Assembly: GCA_038061075.1 (NCBI GenBank)
Contig: JBBUAA010000083.1
Span: 1-35,235 of the forward strand
Direction of reading: 5' to 3'
DNA length: 35,235 nt
Source of the DNA: Patescibacteria group bacterium
Lineage (GTDB): Bacteria > Patescibacteriota > Minisyncoccia > Phycocordibacterales > UBA2100
Below the pieces are notes generated by a model. That model was not told the origin of the DNA. It saw nothing but the letters and a program-made list of their open reading frames with translations, and made no database searches. Each line of letters begins with the position of its first letter. Position 1 is the first letter of the stretch. Position numbers and translations under genes: made by a program. Below are positions 6,379 through 15,668 of the stretch, piece after piece.

Positions 6379-6822
6379 ATGGCAAGCCTACACGAACTGA
6401 AGCGGGAGACACTGAAAGCGAAGCGGCGTGTCGGACGCGGGGGCAAACGCGGCAAGACATCGGGCCGCGGCACCAAGGGACAGAACGCGCGCGCCGGCCG
6501 CAAGAAGCGTCCCGAGTGGCGCGACATCATCAAGAAACTTCCGAAGCGCAGGGGCTTCGGGAAGAACCGCGGGCGCACGGTCGACAACACACGACAGGAC
6601 GCGGTCACGATATCACTCGGGCGCCTTGAGACGGCGTTCGATGCCGGTGCGGAAGTCTCGACGAAGACGCTTTTGGAGCGCGGCGTCATCCGCGCCCGCT
6701 CCGGCGCACCCGTCAAGATCGTCGGAGAGGGTTCGCTGACGAAGAAACTCACGGTGAAGGGTATTCCCGTCTCTGCGACCGCCCGCGCCGCCATCGAAAA
6801 GGCCGGCGGTGTCATTTCATAA
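6379..6822 (+). CDS. rplO: 50S ribosomal protein L15
   Basis: 147 aa. LHELKRE...RVGRGGKRGKTSGRGTKGQNARAG. Starts 16 nt after rpsE, so no L30 gene lies between them. Confidence 0.95.
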   Translation: MASLHELKRETLKAKRRVGRGGKRGKTSGRGTKGQNARAGRKKRPEWRDIIKKLPKRRGFGKNRGRTVDNTRQDAVTISLGRLETAFDAGAEVSTKTLLERGVIRARSGAPVKIVGEGSLTKKLTVKGIPVSATARAAIEKAGGVIS

Positions 6823-6826
6823 TCGT

Positions 6827-8101
6827 ATGTGGGAAGCATTTTGGCGCAAAACGAAACTCATCCTTGCGGATGAGACGCTGCGCGCGCGCGTCCTGTTCGT
6901 CCTCGGCGCGTTCATTGTATTCCGCCTGCTCGCGGCGATACCTATACCCGGCATTGATGCGCTCGCCCTTGAGAATTATCTCGCCAACAACCAATTCCTC
7001 GGTCTCCTCAACATATTTTCCGGCGGCGGGTTTTCCAACCTCTCCATCATGATGATCGGAGTCTCGCCCTACATCACCGCCTCCATCATCATGCAGCTCT
7101 CGACGGTCCTCTCGCCGAAATTGAAGGCGCTCTATCAGGAGGAAGGGGATGCGGGCCGCATGCGCTTCATGCAGTACTCGCGGTACCTCACGGTGCCGCT
7201 CGCGTTCATTCAGGCGACCGGATTTTTGGTACTGCTCCAGCAGAACGGCGTCGTGCCGGCTCTTGGTATGCTCCAGATGGTGACCAACATAACCGTTATC
7301 GCGGCGGGGGCGCTCCTCATCATGTGGATTGGTGAGCTCATCTCCGAATTCGGCGTGGGCAACGGCATCTCGCTCCTCATCTTTGCCGGCATCGTCGCAT
7401 CTATTCCTTCCTCGATAGCGCAGTTCGTATTCTCGTTCGACCTCTCGCAACTTCCCGCATATGTCGGATTCGCCGCCGCCGCCGTCCTCGTCACCGCGGG
7501 AGTCGTCTTCATTACCGAAGCGGAGCGCCCCATTCCCGTCACCTATGCACGCCGCGTCCGCGGCATGAAGGTCATGGGGGGCGTCTCTACCTACCTGCCT
7601 CTGCGCGTCAATCAGGCGGGGGTGATGCCCATCATCTTCGCGCTCTCGATACTGCTCTTTCCGCAGATGATCGCGACCTTCCTCGCCAAGAGTTCTATCC
7701 CGTTCATCGCGACCGCCGCAGGCGCCGTTGTCGGCGCGCTCGGCAATCAGTGGATATACGGCGGGCTCTACTTCGGATTCGTATTCATCTTTACGTACTT
7801 CTATACGGCCATCACCTTCGAACCGAATCAGGTCGCGAAGAACCTGCAGAAGAACGGCGCGTTCATCCCCGGTGTCCGCCCCGGTACTACCACCGCCGAA
7901 TACCTCGGCAACATCATCACGCGCATCACGCTGGTAGGCGCCCTCTTCTTGGGCTCGCTTGCGCTCCTCCCGCTTATCCTGCAGGGGCTGACCGGCATCA
8001 CCGCACTCACGATAGGCGGCACCGCGCTCCTCATCGTCGTCTCCGTCGTCTTGGATGTCGTGAAGAAAGTTGACGCGCAGACCTCTATCAGAGAGTATTA
8101 G
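6827..8101 (+). CDS. secY: Preprotein translocase subunit SecY
   Basis: Multi-TM ORF with SecY motifs (IPIPGID, NIFSGGGFSNLSI, GISLLIFAGIV). ATG 6827 preferred over GTG 6809, which overlaps rplO. Start uncertain. Confidence 0.93.
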   Translation: MWEAFWRKTKLILADETLRARVLFVLGAFIVFRLLAAIPIPGIDALALENYLANNQFLGLLNIFSGGGFSNLSIMMIGVSPYITASIIMQLSTVLSPKLKALYQEEGDAGRMRFMQYSRYLTVPLAFIQATGFLVLLQQNGVVPALGMLQMVTNITVIAAGALLIMWIGELISEFGVGNGISLLIFAGIVASIPSSIAQFVFSFDLSQLPAYVGFAAAAVLVTAGVVFITEAERPIPVTYARRVRGMKVMGGVSTYLPLRVNQAGVMPIIFALSILLFPQMIATFLAKSSIPFIATAAGAVVGALGNQWIYGGLYFGFVFIFTYFYTAITFEPNQVAKNLQKNGAFIPGVRPGTTTAEYLGNIITRITLVGALFLGSLALLPLILQGLTGITALTIGGTALLIVVSVVLDVVKKVDAQTSIREY

Positions 8102-8104
8102 CCG

Positions 8105-8680
8105 ATGAAACGCGAGCTGATAACGATTGCAGGATCCTTGGGATCGGGAAAATCTTCAACGGCGAAGGCTGTCGCCGAGGCGCTCGGGTACCGGCATTTT
8201 TCCTCCGGCGACCTTTTTCGTAAGATCGCCGGCGAGCGGGGGGAATCCGTCGAGGCGACGAATATTTCCGCCGAAGTACAGAAGGATATCGATTATCAGG
8301 TCGACAAGCTCCTACAGGAGATGGGGCGTACGGAGAATAAAATTGTCATTGATTCGCGCATGGCGTGGCACTGGATGCAGGATTCATTCAAAGTGTTTCT
8401 CGCGCTCGATATCGACCCCGCCGCGGAGCGTGTCTTTCAGGATGTCTTGAAGAAAAGCCGCGTGAGCGAGGAGGGTTCTTCCGTCGACGATGTGCGGGCG
8501 AGCATCGAGCGGCGTTTCGCGAGCGAGCAGAAACGCTACTTCTCACTCTACGGGGTGCATCCGACCGACCCGAAAAATTTCGATTTGGTGGTGAACACGA
8601 AGGACAACGATCTGAAGGCGGTCGTCGATATCGTTCTCAAAAAATATAAGCAATGGCAGAACGATGAGGCTGCACGGTAG
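8105..8680 (+). CDS. P-loop nucleotide kinase, cytidylate-kinase-like
   Basis: 191 aa. ITIAGSLGSGKSST Walker A, DSRMA motif. The exact substrate cannot be told from the sequence. Confidence 0.7.
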   Translation: MKRELITIAGSLGSGKSSTAKAVAEALGYRHFSSGDLFRKIAGERGESVEATNISAEVQKDIDYQVDKLLQEMGRTENKIVIDSRMAWHWMQDSFKVFLALDIDPAAERVFQDVLKKSRVSEEGSSVDDVRASIERRFASEQKRYFSLYGVHPTDPKNFDLVVNTKDNDLKAVVDIVLKKYKQWQNDEAAR

Positions 8681-8709
8681 TCGCTTCCCTCGCTTCGCTA
8701 GGCTATAAT
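8681..8709 (+). promoter_or_regulatory. Conserved 29-nt promoter module TCGCTTCCCTCGCTTCGCTAGGCTATAAT
   Basis: 27/29 identical to 29129-29157. TATAAT (8704-8709) ends 7 nt before ATG 8717. Confidence 0.55.
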
Positions 8710-8716
8710 CCTCGCT

Positions 8717-9316
8717 ATGAAACCTATCACCGTCGCATTTTTCGGCATCTCCGGTTCCGGCAAGGGGACGCAGTGCATCCTCTTGGAAGACTATTTGAAG
8801 AAGAACGATCCGTCGATCGGTGTCGTGCGTCCGGAAATGGGCGACCTCCTGCGGGACTTTATGAAAAGCGGCACATCGCTCGCGGAGCGCACGGGGCGCA
8901 TCGTCAATTCCGGCGGCCTCGTGCCGTCGTTCATACCCATCTACATGCTGACGGGCATTTTGAACAGGACATTCGACGGCACACAGCATCTCATCCTCGA
9001 CGGCACGTGCCGCCGCATCGATCAGTCCCGCGCGCTCGACGATATGATGCGATTGTGGGAGCGCACGGAATTGCAGGCCATCGTGCTCACACTCTCCAAG
9101 CCTTCCGCAAAGAAACGGCTCATCGCGCGGGGGAGGGTTGATGATGCGACGGACGAAGCGCTCAACAGCCGTTTTGTGTGGTACGAAGACTACGTGATGC
9201 CTTCAATAGAGGAATTGCGTCGTTTGGGATGGGCCGTCCACGAGATAAACGGCGAGGCGGGCATTGATGCCATTCACGCGGAGATCAAGGCGGTGCTCGG
9301 CATTTCGACTTCCTGA
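8717..9316 (+). CDS. adk: Adenylate-kinase-family NMP kinase (short form)
   Basis: 199 aa. FFGISGSGKGTQ P-loop, LILDGTCRR. Lies in the canonical adk position between secY and map. Confidence 0.75.
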   Translation: MKPITVAFFGISGSGKGTQCILLEDYLKKNDPSIGVVRPEMGDLLRDFMKSGTSLAERTGRIVNSGGLVPSFIPIYMLTGILNRTFDGTQHLILDGTCRRIDQSRALDDMMRLWERTELQAIVLTLSKPSAKKRLIARGRVDDATDEALNSRFVWYEDYVMPSIEELRRLGWAVHEINGEAGIDAIHAEIKAVLGISTS

Positions 9317-9319
9317 TGC

Positions 9320-10087
9320 ATGATCGCGCGTACGAACGACGAACGGGAAATATTGCGCGAAGGCGGCAAACGTCTGGCCCGCCACCTTCGCACGCTCTCG
9401 GGAATGGTCAAGGCGGGCGCTACTTCGGCGGAGCTTGAAGCGCGCGCACGCGAAATGGTAGAAGCCGATGGCGACACGCTCGCGTTTTTGGGATACGGCG
9501 GCGGAAAGAATAAGGCGGGATTTCCTGCGGGCCTGTGTGTCTCAGTCAACGAGACAATCGTGCATTCTCCCGCAAACGAGAACGGTGCGGTTTTTCGCGA
9601 GGGAGATGTTGTGTGTCTCGATTTCGGCATCAAACACAGAGGCCTTTTTACCGATCATGCGGTGACGGTCATCGTCGGAACGCCTAAGAACGCGGATGAC
9701 GAGCGCCTCGTTAAGGGTACGTATGAGGCGCTCTCCGCAGGCATAGCCGCAGCGCAGGTCGGCAATACTACGGGCGACATCGGGCATGCGGTGGAGCGCG
9801 TCGCGAAAAAGTACGGTTTCGGATTTCCACGCAATCTCTCCGGCCACGGCGTCGGGCTTAAAGTGCACGAAGAGCCGCACGTGCCGAATTTCGGCGCTCC
9901 CAAAAGCGGCGAGAAATTGGTTGAGGGTCTCGTCATCGCCATAGAGCCCATGATGACGCTAGGCACGGGTGACCTCTACATCGACAAAGACGGACACTCC
10001 TATCGCACAAAGGACGGCTCGCGCACCGCGCATGCGGAGCACACGGTTTTAATAACAAAAAACGGGCCGGAGATCCTGACCGTTTAG
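9320..10087 (+). CDS. map: Methionine aminopeptidase, type I
   Basis: 255 aa. VVCLDFG...FTDHAVTV, GHGVGLKVHEEP, IEPM, AHAEHTVL metal-ligand motifs. Confidence 0.93.
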   Translation: MIARTNDEREILREGGKRLARHLRTLSGMVKAGATSAELEARAREMVEADGDTLAFLGYGGGKNKAGFPAGLCVSVNETIVHSPANENGAVFREGDVVCLDFGIKHRGLFTDHAVTVIVGTPKNADDERLVKGTYEALSAGIAAAQVGNTTGDIGHAVERVAKKYGFGFPRNLSGHGVGLKVHEEPHVPNFGAPKSGEKLVEGLVIAIEPMMTLGTGDLYIDKDGHSYRTKDGSRTAHAEHTVLITKNGPEILTV

Positions 10088-10122
10088 CTTTTGCAAACAA
10101 GGGAATACGTTACAATGCGGGC

Positions 10123-10662
10123 ATGAATATCGCCGTCTTTTGCTCGCAGTATGATGTGGCGGAGAAATACCGGAAAGATGCCGAGACATTGGCGCGGCTC
10201 ATCGCGAAAGGGGGCCACACGCTGGTATTTGGTGGCTTCGATGAGGGGCTGATGGGAGTCATTGCGGATACCGCGCATCGGGCGGGCGGCAGGGTCGTCG
10301 GCATCATTTCAGAACGGATCAAAGACAGCGCTTACAAGCTAGCCGATGAGATGGTCGTCGTCAGGGATACGTTGGAAATGAATCGGGAACTCATCGGGCG
10401 TGGAGACGTCATCGTCGTCTTAGTCGGCGGTATCGGAACACTCAATGAATTGACAGACGTGCTCCGGATGAAGAAGAACGGCCTTCTTGACGGTACTAAG
10501 CACATTGTTATCGTGAATACGGACGGTTTCTATGAGAAATTCAAAGAACAGCTGGAGAAGATGAATGCGGAGGGATTCCTCAAGAAAGAGGTCATGGACG
10601 CAGTGCATTTTGCCGATACGCCGGAGGCCGCAATGCGGTATATTGAACACAATGGCAACTGA
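10123..10662 (+). CDS. LOG-family (TIGR00730-like) protein, putative nucleotide 5'-monophosphate nucleosidase
   Basis: 179 aa. GGFDEGLMG and VGGIGTLNE resemble the LOG GGGxGxMG / PGGxGTxxE motifs. TACAAT lies 6 nt upstream of the ATG. Confidence 0.7.
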   Translation: MNIAVFCSQYDVAEKYRKDAETLARLIAKGGHTLVFGGFDEGLMGVIADTAHRAGGRVVGIISERIKDSAYKLADEMVVVRDTLEMNRELIGRGDVIVVLVGGIGTLNELTDVLRMKKNGLLDGTKHIVIVNTDGFYEKFKEQLEKMNAEGFLKKEVMDAVHFADTPEAAMRYIEHNGN

Positions 10663-11944
10663 CGTACTCGTTATCGGCGGCGGCGGACGCGAGCATGCGC
10701 TCGCGTGGAAATTGAAACAATCGCCACGGATCGGAAAGCTCTACATCGCGCCGGGGAACGGCGGGACGCTCGCTCTTGGAGAAAACGTGCCTATCGGCGT
10801 CATGGAATTCAAGAAACTCGCCGACTTTGCTGAAGAAAAAAATATTCACCTTACGGTAGTGGGGCCGGATGACCCGCTGGCGGGAGGAATCGTCGATTTT
10901 TTCCGCGCGCGGGGATTGCGCATTTTCGGCCCCGAGTATAAAGCGGCCCAACTCGAGAGTTCGAAGTCATTTTCCAAGCAGTTGATGCGGGACGTCGGAG
11001 TGCCGACCGCCGCATTCAAGATCTTTTCATCGTATACCGCGGCATCCGCGTATGTACAGCAACATAGCCTCCCCGTCGTCATAAAGGCAAGCGGGCTCGC
11101 ACTCGGGAAAGGCGTCTATATCTGCAACACAGTAGCGGAAGCGGACGCGGTATTGCGGGCAATCATCATCGACCGGGTCCACCAAGGTGCCGGCGACGAG
11201 GTCATCGTCGAAGAGTACCTGAACGGCCCCGAAGTATCAGTCCACGCGCTTACGGACGGGTTCGCGTCGCTCTTGTTCCCGCCGTCGCAGGACCACAAGC
11301 GCGCATTGGACGGGGATCAGGGTGAGAATACCGGCGGCATGGGAGCGATAGCGCCCCTCCCATGGGTAGGGCCCCAAATGCTCTCCGATATCGAGAAGTA
11401 CGTCGTCCGCCCCGTACTCGATGCTCTGCTCGCACGCGGCATACAATTCAGCGGCCTTTTGTATCCGGGGTTGAAGATAACACCCGACGGCATCAAGGTC
11501 TTGGAGTTCAACGCCCGCTTTGGCGATCCCGAGTGTCAGGTGTACATGCGGCTCCTCAAGAGCGATATCCTTGACGCGCTGGAAGCATGTGCCGACGGGC
11601 GGCTCATCGGGAGCAACATAACCCTTGAGTGGAATAAAGGGTTTGCAGTGAACATCGTCATCGCCTCAGGCGGCTACCCGGGTGAATATAAAAAGGGTTT
11701 GCCCATCACCGGTATCGAAGAAGCGGAAAAGGTGGACGGCGTTGTCGTTTTCCACGCAGGCACAATGATTGATTTACGAAATCAATCATTGGTCACGTCG
11801 GGCGGCCGCGTCCTCGGAGTCTCTGCAGTCGGCGACACGCTGAAAGACGCACTAGACCGCGCGTACGAGGCCGTAGGCAAGATTCATTTCGAAGGCATGC
11901 ACTTCCGCCGCGACATCGGCGCGAAAGCGTTGGCACAAAAGTGA
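10652..11944 (+). CDS. purD: Phosphoribosylamine-glycine ligase
   Basis: MATDVLVIGGGGREHALAWKL..., ATP-grasp core, EFNARFGDPE. Start set at ATG 10652. The 10565 extension overlaps the LOG gene. Confidence 0.92.
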   Translation: MATDVLVIGGGGREHALAWKLKQSPRIGKLYIAPGNGGTLALGENVPIGVMEFKKLADFAEEKNIHLTVVGPDDPLAGGIVDFFRARGLRIFGPEYKAAQLESSKSFSKQLMRDVGVPTAAFKIFSSYTAASAYVQQHSLPVVIKASGLALGKGVYICNTVAEADAVLRAIIIDRVHQGAGDEVIVEEYLNGPEVSVHALTDGFASLLFPPSQDHKRALDGDQGENTGGMGAIAPLPWVGPQMLSDIEKYVVRPVLDALLARGIQFSGLLYPGLKITPDGIKVLEFNARFGDPECQVYMRLLKSDILDALEACADGRLIGSNITLEWNKGFAVNIVIASGGYPGEYKKGLPITGIEEAEKVDGVVVFHAGTMIDLRNQSLVTSGGRVLGVSAVGDTLKDALDRAYEAVGKIHFEGMHFRRDIGAKALAQK

Positions 11945-11956
11945 TATACTTTCGAG

Positions 11957-14797
11957 ATGCCTCCGACATTGGAGAAGCCGCATATTGCGGCACCCGCAAA
12001 GTTCAAATCTCCCGAGGAGGAACTTTCCTATTTGCGGCAGCGCGTCGCCGAAAAAGAGGGGGAGCTTGAGGCGGCGCACAACCGTTTTGAAAGCGACCGC
12101 ATCGCCAAGCGTGAGGTCGCTGCGTACGCCGAGGTGCCGGCGGCGACCGTACTTCACGAATCCTATGTTATGCCCGAACACGAGTCGGTGCGGCATAAGC
12201 TCCGGCTTGAGCCGGAGACGCACGACGTCCAGATGGATGAACTTCTGAAGATTGTGGTGGAGCGGGGGATAAAAAACGCGCTCGCGGTATGCGCCAAATT
12301 GAAGAACCCCCACCTTGAGGATGATTTTCACCGCATGCTCACGCGATACGTCGCCGAGGGTTTGCCGGATGCCGGCGGCGCGCCGCCGGAGCGTATCCGC
12401 CGCGCGCTCGACCTCGTACTTTTCACGGTTGATCCGCAGGCGCACGGCGAGCGCGAAAAGCAGGACAACAGCCAGCATCGTCTGGAGCAGGTACTTTCGT
12501 CGTCCGAACAGCTGTATGCGGGACTCCTCTCGTTCATCGGGAAACACGAAGGATTCTCACTGGAGATAGCGGTACCCGAAGGCACGGAAGCGGCGATCCT
12601 CTATCTTGCCGTACCGCGTCAGAAGAAAGACCTTGCCGAACGCCTCATCTCCTCGGTATTCCCCAATGCCCGTATTAATGAGGAGCGCGGCGATTACAAT
12701 ATTTTCAATTATGAAGGCGCGCATGCGGCCGCCTACGCGACATTGGCCGATACCCCCGCGTACCCCCTGAAGACGCCGGATATGTTCGAGCACGATCCCA
12801 TGAACGTGCTTTTGGCCGCATTCGCGAAAATTGCGAAGCACGGCGAGGGCGCGGCGATGCAGATAATGGTGGGGACCGAGGGCGACCGCTACAATCATCA
12901 CTACAAAAAAATGTTGCGGCGTCTCGAGAAGGGCAAGACCCTGCATAAGGCCCTCGCCGTCCCCGAGAGCGCGGTCGGGGAGATGCTCTACGACATGTCG
13001 CATATGATGCTCAAGGACGAAAAGCAAATGCAGGCCGAGAAAGACCGTGCATTCCGCCGGCAGGCCGACAAGGTCGCGGCGGAGGAGATAGAACGCAAGA
13101 TTAAGAGCAAGATCGGGCCGACCCTCATCCGCCTCGTCGCATCAGCGCCGGCGAAGGCGCGCGCCGAAGATATTCTCGGCAATCTTATCGCCCCCTTCAG
13201 CCAATACGACGACCCGAAGGGCAACCGTCTGGTATTCAAAAAGATCTCGGGCTGGAGCCTCAACAGCTTCCTGCGCGACTTCACCTACCGTATATTCGAT
13301 TCGTCCTACGCGGTCCCGCTCTCGCTCGCGGAGGTCACGGCCATCTTTCACTTCACCGCAGAGCGGGTCCACACCTCGCGTGAGCTGAAGCGCTCGTTCG
13401 CCAAGCAATCTCCCGCACCGGTCGAGATGCCGTCCGACGGCATCACACTCGGTGTGAACCGCTACGGTGCGGAGGAGCGGCCCGTCAAATTCGGCGTCGC
13501 CGACCGCCTCCGCCACTGCTATGTGATAGGGCAGACGGGTACCGGAAAGACGGGGCTGCTCAAGAATATGATCATTCAGGATATCAAGAACGGCGACGGT
13601 GTCGCCTTCGTCGATCCGCACGGCAACGACATCGAGGACATCCTTGCCGCCATCCCGCCGGAGCGCGCGAAAGACGTTATCTACTTCGATCCGGCGCATA
13701 CAGACCGCCCCATGGGTCTCAACATGCTCGAATACGACCGCACGAAGCCGGAGATGAAGACATTCGTCGTTGACGAAGTGTACGGCATCTTTCGCAAGCT
13801 TTACGCCGATGTGCCGGAGGCGTTCGGCCCGATGTTCGAACAGTACTACCGCAACGCGGTCCAGCTCGTCGTCGAGGATCCGGACTCAGGTTCGACGTTC
13901 GTCGAGATACCCCGCGTGTTCGCCGACACCGCATTCCGGAATCTGAAGCTCTCGCGGTGCAAGAATCCCATCATCGTGCAATTCTGGCGCAAGATCGCCG
14001 AACAGGCGCAGGGCGATCCCTCGCTCGAGAATGTCGCGCCCTATATCACGAGCAAATTCGACGTCTTTCTCACCAACGACATCATGCGGCCCATCGTCAG
14101 TCAGGAGAAATCCGCGTTCGACTTCCGCAGCATCATGGACGACAAGAAAATATTTCTCGCGAATCTCTCGAAGGGCCGCTTGGGCGACCGCAACACGAGT
14201 CTGCTCGGACTCATCCTCGTGTCCAAATTCCTGCAAGCCGCGTTCTCGCGCGTCGACACGCGCGGCGGCAGCCTTCCCGTCTTCTATCTCTACATCGACG
14301 AGTTCCAGAACTTCGCGACGCCGTCTATCGGCACCATCCTCTCCGAGGCCCGAAAATACAAGCTCTCGCTCGTCATCGCGCACCAATTCATCGCGCAGCT
14401 CGACGAGAAAATACGCGATGCGGTCGTGGGCAACGTCGGCACGAAGGCATCTTTCCGCGTGGGTACGACCGACGCGGAATTCCTCGCGAAACAATTCGAG
14501 CCCGTCTTCGGCCAGCAAGACCTCGAGAATCTTCCCAACCGCCATGCGGTGTGCGCGCTCCTCGTCAACGGCGTCCCCGCGCGGCCATTCTCGCTCCAGA
14601 CGGAAAACCTGCCTGCCTTCGACTTCAGCACGGTCCCCGCATTGAAGGAGCTTTCATACCGGACGTTCGGGCGCGACAGGGAAGAAGTGGAATCCGAGAT
14701 GCGCGCGAAATTCGAAGCAAGTTACGGCAAGCCCGCAGCCCCCGACCTTGGCGCCGCACTCGGCGGCCTGCCCGACCCCGCGTCGCTGTACCAGTAG
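11957..14797 (+). CDS. Large soluble TraD/VirD4/TraG-like (FtsK-HerA superfamily) ATPase with an unknown ~500-aa N-terminal region
   Basis: 946 aa. Walker A GQTGTGKTG, Walker B FYLYIDEFQNF, and SEARKYKLSLVIAHQFIAQL typical of the TraG-D C-terminal domain. No obvious N-terminal TM helices. Confidence 0.75.
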   Translation: MPPTLEKPHIAAPAKFKSPEEELSYLRQRVAEKEGELEAAHNRFESDRIAKREVAAYAEVPAATVLHESYVMPEHESVRHKLRLEPETHDVQMDELLKIVVERGIKNALAVCAKLKNPHLEDDFHRMLTRYVAEGLPDAGGAPPERIRRALDLVLFTVDPQAHGEREKQDNSQHRLEQVLSSSEQLYAGLLSFIGKHEGFSLEIAVPEGTEAAILYLAVPRQKKDLAERLISSVFPNARINEERGDYNIFNYEGAHAAAYATLADTPAYPLKTPDMFEHDPMNVLLAAFAKIAKHGEGAAMQIMVGTEGDRYNHHYKKMLRRLEKGKTLHKALAVPESAVGEMLYDMSHMMLKDEKQMQAEKDRAFRRQADKVAAEEIERKIKSKIGPTLIRLVASAPAKARAEDILGNLIAPFSQYDDPKGNRLVFKKISGWSLNSFLRDFTYRIFDSSYAVPLSLAEVTAIFHFTAERVHTSRELKRSFAKQSPAPVEMPSDGITLGVNRYGAEERPVKFGVADRLRHCYVIGQTGTGKTGLLKNMIIQDIKNGDGVAFVDPHGNDIEDILAAIPPERAKDVIYFDPAHTDRPMGLNMLEYDRTKPEMKTFVVDEVYGIFRKLYADVPEAFGPMFEQYYRNAVQLVVEDPDSGSTFVEIPRVFADTAFRNLKLSRCKNPIIVQFWRKIAEQAQGDPSLENVAPYITSKFDVFLTNDIMRPIVSQEKSAFDFRSIMDDKKIFLANLSKGRLGDRNTSLLGLILVSKFLQAAFSRVDTRGGSLPVFYLYIDEFQNFATPSIGTILSEARKYKLSLVIAHQFIAQLDEKIRDAVVGNVGTKASFRVGTTDAEFLAKQFEPVFGQQDLENLPNRHAVCALLVNGVPARPFSLQTENLPAFDFSTVPALKELSYRTFGRDREEVESEMRAKFEASYGKPAAPDLGAALGGLPDPASLYQ

Positions 14798-14842
14798 CGT
14801 GGCAGATGGTATCGTTTCTGTATTATCGGGTCACGTATAACT

Positions 14843-15034
14843 ATGAACATTAAGAAAATCTCGATTGCGGTGGTAATTTTATCCCTCGCATTATTTACCA
14901 TCATTTCCCTACTCGCCATTTGGGACGTTATTCAGGACGGAGATTTTGTTTGGAAATCTTTGACATCGCTCGCTGTCGTTGGCTTTGCCGGACTCGTAGG
15001 TGTCGCGCTCGGTGATCGAATCAAAAGCACGTAA
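14843..15034 (+). CDS. Small two-TM membrane protein
   Basis: 63-aa ORF with two hydrophobic helices, 45 nt after the ATPase gene. Confidence 0.45.
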   Translation: MNIKKISIAVVILSLALFTIISLLAIWDVIQDGDFVWKSLTSLAVVGFAGLVGVALGDRIKST

Positions 15035-15049
15035 TTTCTAGTGATTGAA

Positions 15050-15095
15050 CTCCGGAGGTTCAACTTCTTATTACTTGGGAGGTTTAACCTCCGGA
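15050..15095. repeat. Palindromic element, family copy b (CTCCGGAGGTT...GGAGGTTTAACCTCCGGA)
   Basis: Same arms as 3421-3443 with about 20 nt extra inside. The core GGAGGT-TTA-ACCTCC at 15078-15092 is in inverted orientation. Both copies are followed by ATCG. Confidence 0.8.
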
Positions 15096-15147
15096 CATCG
15101 GCGCATTTTCTGCGGTATGATAAGTGCATGCAGATTCGGTTCACTAT

Positions 15148-15420
15148 ATGAAAAAGAAAACTAACCCGAAAATCTCATACGACTCCGATGCGGATGTTTT
15201 AAGCATGGAAAGCGGAGGACACGCGGTCATTGACCACGTCGAGGAGATGGGGGATCTTGTCGTTCATCTTAGCAAGCAGGGTAAGTCGGTACTCGTTGAG
15301 CTGATTGAGGCTTCGCAACATTTCAAGAATCAGCCGGAGTTGTCGCGCTCAATGACGGATTTTCTTGAGAGTGAACCCGATCTCTATTCCACCGCCGATC
15401 TGAAGGAGCGGTACGTCTAG
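15148..15420 (+). CDS. DUF2283-like small protein
   Basis: KISYDSDADVLSMESGG...VVHLSKQGKSVLVELIEAS matches the YD...D.L.I pattern. Start at ATG 15148 preferred over GTG 15124. Confidence 0.6.
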   Translation: MKKKTNPKISYDSDADVLSMESGGHAVIDHVEEMGDLVVHLSKQGKSVLVELIEASQHFKNQPELSRSMTDFLESEPDLYSTADLKERYV

Positions 15421-15665
15421 CGGTAATGGTTGTTGATGTCGGTGATTTCGATAATGCCGGGGGCGACAAAAAAGAAGACCGCGCGGTATTTTTTGTCGAT
15501 GCGGAAACTGAAAAATCGGAGGTGGACCGGTTCCAAGAGTTCAACGTTCAGACTCGGATGCGAGAAGTTCTGCCCAAGCAACTTCCTTTGTTTATCGAAT
15601 TTCTTCGTGAGGTTGCGTTTCTTGAGATACCCTTCAAGCTCGCGCCGGAGCGGAAGAATAATCAT
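15417..15665 (-). CDS. RelE/ParE-superfamily toxin-like protein
   Basis: 82 aa. ...FSFRIDKKYRAVFFFVAPGIIEITDINNHYR resembles the RelE/ParE C-terminal core. Lies 3 nt after the upstream small ORF. Confidence 0.6.
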   Translation of the reverse strand: MIILPLRRELEGYLKKRNLTKKFDKQRKLLGQNFSHPSLNVELLEPVHLRFFSFRIDKKYRAVFFFVAPGIIEITDINNHYR

Positions 15666-15668
15666 AGG

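Noticed and set aside
13957-14853. 298-aa and 204-aa alternative-frame ORFs inside the TraD-like ATPase gene, plus antisense ORFs at 13886-14545 and 13142-13699
   Set aside because: They are Arg/Pro/Ser-rich frames that overlap a CDS with clear Walker A/B and TraG-D motifs. This is a high-GC frame artefact.
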